A stretch of 64,000 bases of DNA from Candidatus Latescibacterota bacterium. Lineage in GTDB: Bacteria > Latescibacterota > UBA2968. The stretch spans positions 2,700-66,699 of the forward strand of contig JAJEDY010000095.1 of the NCBI GenBank assembly GCA_022821275.1, read 5' to 3'. Positions 55,431 through 63,094 of this stretch are shown one piece after another. The position numbers and the translations under genes were made by a program. The notes beneath the pieces are model-generated. The model saw nothing but the letters and a program-made list of their open reading frames with translations, did no database searches and was not told where the DNA came from. The stretch's first letter is position 1; each line of letters starts with the position of its first letter.

Positions 55431-56798
55431 TTATGCATCGGGCAATTCTGTCCGCAATGCGAATTTTTCCTCGGGAGTTCCCGCGCCTTTCAATACTTCC
55501 AGATACGCTTTGTGCAGTCGCTGTGCTTCGGCCATGTTTTGCTGGTTATATATGTTGTTCTTTTGCGCGAGGTCTGTTCGCAGGTCGTATAGTTCCGCAG
55601 GCCAGTTGGGGCCGCGATAGTGCAATGTCCAGTTGCCATCTGTGATGCTGGAGCACACGCTGCGGTCTTCGCGCACGGGCAGGGTTGCCGATGTGACGGC
55701 GACTTTCCGTTGTTCTTCTGTTTTTTCGCCTTTCAGGATAGGAGCGACGGATACTCCGTGCAGGCCATCGGGTTTTTTTATGCCTGCCAGGTCGAGAATT
55801 GTGGGCATAAAATCGACGGGTTGTGTCAAGAATTTTGTGCGTTTTCCCGCTGCGTTGCTGCCGGGTACATATCCCATGAAGGCTGTGTGGGATACTTCTT
55901 CGTAATAGGGCCAGTCGCCGTCTGGTCCCTGCCCGCTTTTGCCAATGCGTCCGTGGTCTCCGATATAATGTCCGTGGTCGGACATAAAAATTACTGCTGT
56001 ATCTTCCCAGAGGCCCAGATTTTCTACTTTTTCTAACAAATGGCCGACCCAGGTGTCCATGAGCGTGACTTCACCTGCGTATAGCGCTTGTGTGTGTTTG
56101 ATTTCTTCTGCGCTCAGGTAATCGCAGTAGTCGTAAATGGGATGGTCAATGACTTCACCTGTGTATCCGGGGTTGTACATATTGACGTAGTGCGCGGGTG
56201 GATCCCACGGTTCGTGGGGGTCAAAGGTGTCGATGTAGAGGAAGAATTTTTCGTGGGTGTGGTTTGCTTCCAGCCAGTCTGCGGCGCGTTGCATGGTGCG
56301 TGCGACAAAGGTGTCGCGTTCTGTTTCCCAGTGTGCTGCACGCCAGCGATAGTGATATTGTTGCATGCGCTCAGGCGTGCGAATTTTTTCGGGGACTGAT
56401 TCAAGGGGGACGGGTACGTCGTCTGTGATAGCGCGGTCGCCTTCTTGCCCGCGAATCCACTCCCAGCCCAAAAATCCGCGGTCAAACTGATGTCCGTCTC
56501 TTACCAGGTGCGGTGTATCGCACAAGAGCATGGTGACATACCCCGCGTCTGTGAGGAGTTCGGCCAAGATGACTTCATCTTCTGGGAGTGGCGTCCAGCC
56601 GCGAAAGGGAAAGGTGAGTCTGCCGGTCATCATGTCTGTGCGCGTGGGTATTGTTGGGAATGATGCCTGATACGCGCGGTCAAATAACATGCACCGTTTG
56701 GAAAATGCGTCTATATGTGGCGTGCGGATCCAGGAATTTCCATGACAGCCCAGGTGGTCGTAGCGCAAGGTGTCGGACATTACGACGATGATGTTCAT
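55431..56798 (-). CDS. Sulfatase-fold (alkaline-phosphatase superfamily) hydrolase with Thr at the nucleophile position
   Basis: MNIIVVMSDTLRYDHLGCHGN...TPHIDAF...SFPTIPTRTDMMTGR aligns to the sulfatase C-x-P-S-R-x-x-x-x-TG motif as T-I-P-T-R-T-D-M-M-TG. No signal peptide. Confidence 0.8.
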   Translation of the reverse strand: MNIIVVMSDTLRYDHLGCHGNSWIRTPHIDAFSKRCMLFDRAYQASFPTIPTRTDMMTGRLTFPFRGWTPLPEDEVILAELLTDAGYVTMLLCDTPHLVRDGHQFDRGFLGWEWIRGQEGDRAITDDVPVPLESVPEKIRTPERMQQYHYRWRAAHWETERDTFVARTMQRAADWLEANHTHEKFFLYIDTFDPHEPWDPPAHYVNMYNPGYTGEVIDHPIYDYCDYLSAEEIKHTQALYAGEVTLMDTWVGHLLEKVENLGLWEDTAVIFMSDHGHYIGDHGRIGKSGQGPDGDWPYYEEVSHTAFMGYVPGSNAAGKRTKFLTQPVDFMPTILDLAGIKKPDGLHGVSVAPILKGEKTEEQRKVAVTSATLPVREDRSVCSSITDGNWTLHYRGPNWPAELYDLRTDLAQKNNIYNQQNMAEAQRLHKAYLEVLKGAGTPEEKFALRTELPDA

Positions 56799-56939
56799 GT
56801 GTGACCCTCCAAAAAAGGTTTCTGAGTGCTGAGAATTGAGCCTGTGTAAAATAATTCCTTTTTTAAAATCCGCAATACGAACGCCAGACGGTTCAAAATG
56901 GGGTTGTGGTTTGCAGCAGGATATAACGCCTGTGGATGG

Positions 56940-56968
56940 TTGACAGCATATAAATTTCTGTCTATGTT
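56940..56968 (+). promoter_or_regulatory. Sigma70-like promoter (TTGACA-17 nt-TATGTT) upstream of the R-M genes
   Basis: Read directly, about 50 nt upstream of the ATG at 57017. Whether this lineage uses sigma70 consensus promoters is unknown. Confidence 0.35.
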
Positions 56969-57016
56969 TGTAGCAAAATCAAATACCCATTTTGAAGTTA
57001 CATATCACGTAAATAC

Positions 57017-57736
57017 ATGACGGAAAAAGACCCCAAAATCTTATCCCTGGATGAAATAGAGGAAATTGAAAAGCTCACATTGCGTTGGATATTCCAAGCG
57101 GTTTATGATTTCGGAATGGAAGCACATGAAATATTCCTTAGATCGCCTGATAGCGTTAAAGATATTGCTGAAGATATAACGCGAGAATTGCTTGATCGGC
57201 TTTCCGGTTTTAATGTGCAACAGAGAGTGTATGGAACAGTTGATTACAAAAAAGCAAGATATGTGATTCTTCCTGATCAAACCGTCAGACAGGCATTGTT
57301 TATTGACTCAAAAGCAGAGAAGGAAAATCGTTCTGCAACGATTCAGATGTCACAAACTTCCATGTGGGTGAAACAACGGCGATCCGGTGCCCAGGTTAAT
57401 GAAAAAGGATTTTTGCCAGAAATATCCAGATATGGAGATAAAAATTATCTCACGACGACATGCCTTATTCATTTCAGCTACGATGATGATCTTTTAGGTC
57501 ATCACCGTTTGCATGAAGTGACTATGGTAGCAATTCCAAATGGAAAATTGCAAGAAAAGTATAACCCAACAGTTGATGATGGCATCTGGCTGGCTGGTAG
57601 AAATGCACCGACATTAGGTGAAGATTTCAGGGTAAGAGTAGGCTTTAACAGATTAAGGGCCAAGGCTTCGTGGCGAATACAAAGGCTTACCTATAATGAA
57701 AAAAGACAGGAGTGTATTGGGTCATGGCAATCGTAA
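57017..57736 (+). CDS. Putative type II restriction endonuclease (PD-(D/E)XK-like)
   Basis: Possible catalytic motif ...GTVD(76)YKK...ALFID(97)SK(99)AEK. It overlaps the downstream DNA methyltransferase gene by 13 nt. No family recognised by eye. Confidence 0.5.
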   Translation: MTEKDPKILSLDEIEEIEKLTLRWIFQAVYDFGMEAHEIFLRSPDSVKDIAEDITRELLDRLSGFNVQQRVYGTVDYKKARYVILPDQTVRQALFIDSKAEKENRSATIQMSQTSMWVKQRRSGAQVNEKGFLPEISRYGDKNYLTTTCLIHFSYDDDLLGHHRLHEVTMVAIPNGKLQEKYNPTVDDGIWLAGRNAPTLGEDFRVRVGFNRLRAKASWRIQRLTYNEKRQECIGSWQS

Positions 57737-58749
57737 ACTTGTTTAAATCACTTGCTCCGAACGCGATATATCACGGCGATTCGCAGGAGCTTTTGGAGAG
57801 AATTGAGCGGGAATCTATTGCGCTCAGTATCTGGTCGCCTCCGTATTACGTCGGGAAAGATTACGAGAAGGATTTATCATTTGAAGATTGGAAAAATCTT
57901 CTGCAAAAGGTGATCAAACTTCATTTTCCCATTGTGAAACCCGGCGGATTTTTGGTGATTAATATTGCCGATATATTGTGTTTTAAGGATGAGACGATGC
58001 CCAAAATTATGGCGGAAAACATTTCTCGTCGGAAAATTAATCTTACAAAAGAAGACATACTTAAGGTTGTACAACAGCATCCTGATTGGAATAGGTACAA
58101 ACTTGCAGAACACTTTGGGTGCAGTGAGCAAACAATAGATCGACGGCTTAATGGTAACAATATTAGAGGTGGGAAATATCAATCCCAAACAAGGGTCTAT
58201 CTCGTTGGGAATTTGATAGAAAAAGCTGCTACAGATGCAGGTTTTTATTTGTATGACCGGCGTATATGGGTAAAAGACGCCGCCTGGGAGAATTCGAGAT
58301 GGCATACCATATCATACCGTTCTGTAGATGAGTCAGAATATATTTATATTTTTTGGAAGCCGGGTATAACGAAGATTGATCGATCAAGGCTTACAAAACA
58401 AGAATGGGTAAATTGGGGTTCCAGAGGCGTATGGGAAATTCCCTCTGTACGCAGCAATTCAGATCATGATTCTAAGTTTCCAGTTGAATTGCCGCGCAGA
58501 GCTATTAAGCTATTTACTGAGCCTGATGAAATAGTGCTCGATTGTTTTATAGGAAGCGGCACGACTGCTTTGGCAGCATTAAGTGAGGGAAGGAGATATA
58601 TCGGTATTGACAAGGAAAAGAGGTCAGTGGAGATTGCAACAGAGGCTGTAAAATCATTCAATACGTACGAAAAAGAGCCTGAGCAGATGGATCTGCTGAT
58701 ACGGGAATTGGAAGCAGGGTATGAGATAAATGAAGGACGTCAGATGTGA
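57724..58749 (+). CDS. Beta-class N4/N6 DNA methyltransferase (motif IV before motif I)
   Basis: SIWSPPYYVG (motif IV, SPPY) near the N-terminus and LDCFIGSGTTALAA (motif I) near the C-terminus. The region between them contains the HTH-like segment RYKLAEHFGCSEQTIDRRLNG. An alternative GTG start is at 57712. Confidence 0.85.
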   Translation: MAIVNLFKSLAPNAIYHGDSQELLERIERESIALSIWSPPYYVGKDYEKDLSFEDWKNLLQKVIKLHFPIVKPGGFLVINIADILCFKDETMPKIMAENISRRKINLTKEDILKVVQQHPDWNRYKLAEHFGCSEQTIDRRLNGNNIRGGKYQSQTRVYLVGNLIEKAATDAGFYLYDRRIWVKDAAWENSRWHTISYRSVDESEYIYIFWKPGITKIDRSRLTKQEWVNWGSRGVWEIPSVRSNSDHDSKFPVELPRRAIKLFTEPDEIVLDCFIGSGTTALAALSEGRRYIGIDKEKRSVEIATEAVKSFNTYEKEPEQMDLLIRELEAGYEINEGRQM

Positions 58750-58809
58750 CGTCAAAAGTGGGCGAACTCAAGGGTGTAATCTACAACTGACTATTGACCA
58801 CGAAGTGAT

Positions 58810-59031
58810 ATGAATAAAGACATCAAACTTTTAGATGTGATTGCATTGACCGAAGATATTGCTGAGTATGATCTTTGTCAGGGTCAGGTTGGCACAATTG
58901 TTGAGGTACTTTCGGACGGTCAAGCGTTTGAAGTTGAATTTTGTGATCGCGAAGGTCGCATCTATGAATCAGTTGGTTTACGTCCCAACCAGTTTATCGT
59001 ATTACACTATGCGCCGATCACAAATGTTTGA
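58810..59031 (+). CDS. DUF4926-like small protein
   Basis: 73 aa: LLDVIALTEDIAEYDLCQGQVGTIVEVLSDGQAFEVEFCDREGRIYESVGLRPNQFIVL, the SH3-like small-protein pattern of DUF4926 (recalled from memory). Confidence 0.6.
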   Translation: MNKDIKLLDVIALTEDIAEYDLCQGQVGTIVEVLSDGQAFEVEFCDREGRIYESVGLRPNQFIVLHYAPITNV

Positions 59032-59056
59032 GATATTGTATATAAAAAGTTACTTG

Positions 59057-59111
59057 CAAAGCCCCGGATTTCTCCAGGGCTTTTTTTATAGCGCAATAAT
59101 CAATTTGACCT
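59057..59111 (+). repeat. Direct repeat copy 1 (contains a terminator hairpin + T7)
   Basis: CAAAGCCCCGGATTTCTCCAGGGCTTTTTTTATAGCGCAATAATCAATTTGACCT. About 93% identical to 63038-63094. Confidence 0.9.
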
Positions 59112-59127
59112 GTTCCAGATAAGGCAG

Positions 59128-59312
59128 AACGTGATGTGTGACTTTAAATAGTGCAAAAGAGGTTTCTCGGCTATCTTGAATTGTTCACTAAACAAGAAGC
59201 CATCCAACCAAAATCTTAACCCATACCATGTGTGTCTTTCTCAATATCATCAATTACAGAGACCCGCTGGATTTTGACGGACTCGTTCAATTTTGAAGTC
59301 ACATATCGCGTT
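59128..59312 (-). other. Stem-closed ~185-nt element 1 (20-nt inverted-repeat arms, ~140-nt interior), 3' of the 417-aa nuclease gene
   Basis: Arm AACGTGATGTGTGACTTTAAAT (59128-59149, +) pairs with the arm whose reverse complement is AACGCGATATGTGACTTCAAAA (59291-59312). The two mismatches would be G-U pairs in RNA. Confidence 0.6.
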
Positions 59313-59341
59313 TGTCAGGGGTTATTTTTTACCGGCAGTTT

Positions 59342-60595
59342 TTAATCCCAAGTCTCCAGTAGTCTTGTTATTTTTTGTCGAACTTCATCTATAAATGTGT
59401 CCTCTGAATCATCTAATCTAAGAGCTTCTTCTCGATTCCATCGGTAGATGCAACTTAAACCTGGGCAAGTTCTCAGGTAGCTTCTTCCGGTTTCAGTAAA
59501 GTTCTCTTCAAGTCCGGAGACATCCTCACAGCTAATCAGTTCGAGCTGTAAAAGCTGTCGAAAAAAATCGCGAAAATCTGAAGAATCGCGGTTTACTTGG
59601 CTAATCATTTGAGGATTTTGTTCCCAAAAATTGATATAGGCTTCAAGATCCAATGGTGTGTTTGCCCAACATAAATGTTTCTGTATATGCGAAAAATGCA
59701 GATTGGGATCAATATTCCATCCTCTATTGGTAAGATCCTGTAAGGCATCTGTATTGAGACTCTCATATAAGGCGCGTGCCTGTGCCATTGTGTCCCCAGG
59801 GTGAATTTTTAGTTCTATACACCAATTGTTATCCTGTTCTCGTTTTATGCCCAAATAAATTCGACGAGCAGGTAAATCATTAGAACCAAGTTCGATATGT
59901 TGACCTTGAACCTCTCCAATGGAAATGGATTCCAAAATTCTGACACATCTTCTGTTGATCAAATACGGGTCGTCTTTACAGATGCTGAACTTTGAAAATG
60001 GATTCAGAGACCCAAAATGCGTATCTACAAAAGTCAGAAAATCTTCAATCAGTAACGCTTCAGCGCCATGCACAAGCTGTTTTTGTAGTAAGGCACTCAG
60101 GCACTCAATAACCTCCTTCCAATCAATGCCAACCGGATCTTCTACAATTTCAATTTCTGAGTCTTCTGCGATACTAGGGTTTAATTGCTCTTCCCAGACA
60201 TTTTCAGACCAGGGTTTGTTTTCTATCACGAGAATCCATTTTGGATCAGAATCAAAATATATAACTCCATCATAGCGGGCACTTCGATCCACATTTTCAA
60301 TTTTGTTCTCGGGTGTCCAATTCTTATTGGTCATCAATAAGGAAACCAAATATCCCTGAGAATCGGTTATGTTTTTCACTTGAGTCTGAATATTGTCAAG
60401 TTTCATTTGTAGCTCTGTTAAAGTCGGAAGAACTCGGTCATGCTCATTTAAAATTTGATAAGACCTGACTAAATCAATAAAGGTAGTCTGCACCAAGGGT
60501 ACCATCCTCAATACAACAAGGAACGCACGGGTTAATTGATCTTCATGGTGAGGTCCTTTGCTCTTGTACGGTTCGAAGTAGTTCAGGTGATTCAT
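59342..60595 (-). CDS. PD-(D/E)XK nuclease-family protein (417 aa)
   Basis: Preferred start MNHLNYFEPY at 60595, with AAAGGAGG 7 nt upstream. Motifs are HHEDQLTRAFLVVL ... RYDGVIYFDSDPKWILVIENKPW...EEQL (E...D...ExK...QL, as in the PDDEXK_4-type family). The 77-aa track extension crosses a palindromic intergenic element. Confidence 0.6.
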   Translation of the reverse strand: MNHLNYFEPYKSKGPHHEDQLTRAFLVVLRMVPLVQTTFIDLVRSYQILNEHDRVLPTLTELQMKLDNIQTQVKNITDSQGYLVSLLMTNKNWTPENKIENVDRSARYDGVIYFDSDPKWILVIENKPWSENVWEEQLNPSIAEDSEIEIVEDPVGIDWKEVIECLSALLQKQLVHGAEALLIEDFLTFVDTHFGSLNPFSKFSICKDDPYLINRRCVRILESISIGEVQGQHIELGSNDLPARRIYLGIKREQDNNWCIELKIHPGDTMAQARALYESLNTDALQDLTNRGWNIDPNLHFSHIQKHLCWANTPLDLEAYINFWEQNPQMISQVNRDSSDFRDFFRQLLQLELISCEDVSGLEENFTETGRSYLRTCPGLSCIYRWNREEALRLDDSEDTFIDEVRQKITRLLETWD

Positions 60596-60651
60596 TACAA
60601 ATCCTCCTTTTTGAGAAGTGGTAACAAACGGTTTTCTATACAATATAACTT

Positions 60652-60831
60652 CATGTGTGACTTCAAGATCAGTGGTCATGAGAGCACTGTCATTCTGAGC
60701 GGAGCGCAGCGGAGTCGAAGAATCTGCTGCCTCAACGATGTGCATGGGTAACAGATTCTTCGTCAGCCTATCGGCTTTCTCAGCAGGACAGGGTATAGTA
60801 GCCCATTTACTTTTAAAGTCACACATCGCGT
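60652..60831 (-). other. Stem-closed ~180-nt element 2 (same arm core, unrelated palindromic interior), between the two nuclease genes
   Basis: Arm CATGTGTGACTTCAAG (60652-60667, +) pairs with the arm whose reverse complement is ACGCGATGTGTGACTTTAAAA (60811-60831), with 11 perfect bp (ATGTGTGACTT). The interior holds the 11-bp hairpin CGAAGAATCTG...CAGATTCTTCG and GTCATTCTGAGCGGAGCGCAGCGGAG. Confidence 0.6.
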
Positions 60832-60866
60832 AAGGCAGAGTAATTCCCTATTCGCAAAGCTTCGAT

Positions 60867-62459
60867 TTACTCTGGTGGTATAAGCAATGCAATCAATTCG
60901 TGTAATTTTGAGAAACGAAAATCTTCTAATTTCAAAGGGCGCCAAAGAGCATACCAAGAACCGTATCTTGGACTAGGACAATTTTGACGTGGTTGAAAAT
61001 CGTAACCCAGATCTGTACCTTTAATCTTCTGAAAAAGATCATTTCGACACTCGTTATCATCTTTCTCAATTCTCATTTGAATAGACCCGACATCTTCATC
61101 TTTTTTTGCTAATATTCCCGTTTTGTTATCAAACTCAATATGAATCCAGTACGAAAATGAGCCTGACAATATCAAATTTAATTCGGATAGCAATAGAGAT
61201 CCTGCTATTCTTATTTCTTCAGATGCAAACCATACTCCCGACGGTTCAGAATTGGTCGTCGGTTCAGTTCTTAACAGGTTGTGTTGGCGACTATGTTCTT
61301 TGAACCAATGCCAGAACAGTTGATTGCAAAATCGATCAGAGAAACGATGAATGGTTGGAAGTGTGGGGGGCTCTGCTTCTGTCTCTTCTATAAAAAATCC
61401 TCGTAGTTTTTGAAAGAACTCAGCCTCTTTCCGAAGATGAGTTGCGAATGAGGAGACAAAAGAATTCTTCTGTGCAGATGTCTGTCTTAAAATTTCGTCG
61501 GCCAAATGTGCAAACGTTATAAGGGGATAATTTGTGCGTTCATCTTCACTAAGGTCGGGAAAATTCCACTCGTCAAATGCAATTCTTCCAAGTTTTGTCT
61601 GTGTTTGTGCATAGTTTTTAATTTGGTCTCGACTTCCGTACGTTTTGCATTTGACCTCAAAAACCGCAATTAGATTGTCATTTTCATATACACAAATATC
61701 GAATCGTTTATCTCTACTCTCGGTTACTTCGGGGCTTATTGTCAATTCTGAATTTGTGTTAGCTGATAATTCCAATTTTTCGAGTAACACAGATAATAAT
61801 TGATTACCTAAACCATGGTCTCCTTTTGGATCCATAAGCCAACAAATTGTACCAGAGACAAAAGTTTCGCGATCTGCAGGTGCTAAATATTGCCAAACTG
61901 AATGAGGTTCCCTGTTTTCCTTCTTAACTATGACAGAAGAGTTGTCAGGTTGTTTAGACCCCAGAGGCGATGTTGTGACTTTCTGGGACTGTTGAATGCC
62001 TGAGCGTTCTGTGTAAATGGACGCCAATTTAGGCCTGCCTCTTGGCTGTTTATTGCGCCATTGCACAATTTTTTGCGCGTCAGGTTCAGATAGGATAATA
62101 GGATATGTGGGGCCATATTGTTTGCCGATGTCTATTCCCGAAGCTCGCATTGAATGGATGGTATTGCGCAATGTGCGTGGTGTAATGTCCAATTTTTCTG
62201 CTAATTCTGAAATTGAATAAATGGTCTCTATTTTTCCATGTAAAATTTTTGCGTGTTCCGAAAGAATATCGTTCAGATCCACGCCCTTACTGGCATTTTC
62301 AATTGTAATAGATACCAATTTATCTTTATCATTATAGGACAGAATAATGTCCTGATGTTCGCCATCTGTTCCGGCATTTTCCGCGCCTCCAGATGCAGGT
62401 GTCGAACTCAGTGTAATATGAAGCGTATCCGTTTCGGAAAAATACTCCAGAGATTTCAT
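60867..62459 (-). CDS. DUF2283-like / HTH / PD-(D/E)XK nuclease fusion protein (530 aa)
   Basis: aa 1-67: YFSETDTLHITL...ILSYNDKDKLVSITIENASKG (DUF2283-like). HTH: ISELAEKLDITPRTLRNTIHSM. Nuclease core: ETFVSGTICWLMDPKGDHGLGNQLL...RFDICVYENDNLIAVFEVKCK...DQIKNY. Confidence 0.6.
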   Translation of the reverse strand: MKSLEYFSETDTLHITLSSTPASGGAENAGTDGEHQDIILSYNDKDKLVSITIENASKGVDLNDILSEHAKILHGKIETIYSISELAEKLDITPRTLRNTIHSMRASGIDIGKQYGPTYPIILSEPDAQKIVQWRNKQPRGRPKLASIYTERSGIQQSQKVTTSPLGSKQPDNSSVIVKKENREPHSVWQYLAPADRETFVSGTICWLMDPKGDHGLGNQLLSVLLEKLELSANTNSELTISPEVTESRDKRFDICVYENDNLIAVFEVKCKTYGSRDQIKNYAQTQTKLGRIAFDEWNFPDLSEDERTNYPLITFAHLADEILRQTSAQKNSFVSSFATHLRKEAEFFQKLRGFFIEETEAEPPTLPTIHRFSDRFCNQLFWHWFKEHSRQHNLLRTEPTTNSEPSGVWFASEEIRIAGSLLLSELNLILSGSFSYWIHIEFDNKTGILAKKDEDVGSIQMRIEKDDNECRNDLFQKIKGTDLGYDFQPRQNCPSPRYGSWYALWRPLKLEDFRFSKLHELIALLIPPE

Positions 62460-62485
62460 ATCAGAGGTCCTTTCGTTTTTCTTTT

Positions 62486-62875
62486 TTAGTGTACAGGCGA
62501 TTGCAAAATTGATGCGTTATTGTTAATATAACTTGGTGTGAATACGGTGCTTCTCTTATTGTCTCCCTCAAATTCGAGTATCAAACTGTGTATTTCAACT
62601 CGATGCTCAACAGGGCTTACTTGATAGGTCTCGCCATCTCTGCTCACAATCTCAAAAATTCCTCCGTAAAGGTATCTGTCTCCGTCAATCTGTGCGAAGG
62701 TGACTATGAAATCTGTAACAAATCGCTCTTTGGCTATTCCTCTATATGTTTGCCAACTTGCCCATTCTTCAGGATTCCAAATTGAGTCAATCGGGTATTC
62801 CCCTGTCTCATTTCGCTTGGCAAGGTGAACTCGAGCATTGGAATCGTCATATTCTGGGAAAATCTCTTGAATCAT
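62486..62875 (-). CDS. Small hypothetical protein (129 aa), first gene of the nuclease operon
   Basis: AAGGAG 7 nt upstream of the ATG and a 26-nt gap to the next gene. WASWQTYRGIAKERFVTDFIVTFAQIDGDRYLYGGIFEIV loosely recalls a non-catalytic N-terminal module seen fused to some GIY-YIG nucleases (from memory, unverified). Confidence 0.45.
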   Translation of the reverse strand: MIQEIFPEYDDSNARVHLAKRNETGEYPIDSIWNPEEWASWQTYRGIAKERFVTDFIVTFAQIDGDRYLYGGIFEIVSRDGETYQVSPVEHRVEIHSLILEFEGDNKRSTVFTPSYINNNASILQSPVH

Positions 62876-63037
62876 GTTAATTCTCCTTTTGTAATTCAGG
62901 TTGATCTCTGAGTGTTCGGTTGCGAAAATATGGCGTCTTCTTCATCGATAATATCCTTCTCATATAAGGCGACCTATATGGGAATATTGGTCAACCGGTC
63001 AACATAGAATATAACCATATAGAACTATCTGTCAATA

Positions 63038-63094
63038 CAAAAAGCCCCGGATTTCTCCAAGGCTTTTTTCATAGCGCAGTAATCAATTTGACCT
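63038..63094 (+). repeat. Direct repeat copy 2
   Basis: CAAAAAGCCCCGGATTTCTCCAAGGCTTTTTTCATAGCGCAGTAATCAATTTGACCT. Confidence 0.9.

Noticed and set aside
60596-60826. 77-aa N-terminal extension of the track ORF 59342-60826 (MCDFKSKWAT...PLRSAQNDSALMT...)
   Set aside because: The extension is read through the palindromic intergenic element. A much better start (ATG at 60595 with AAAGGAGG upstream) follows it.
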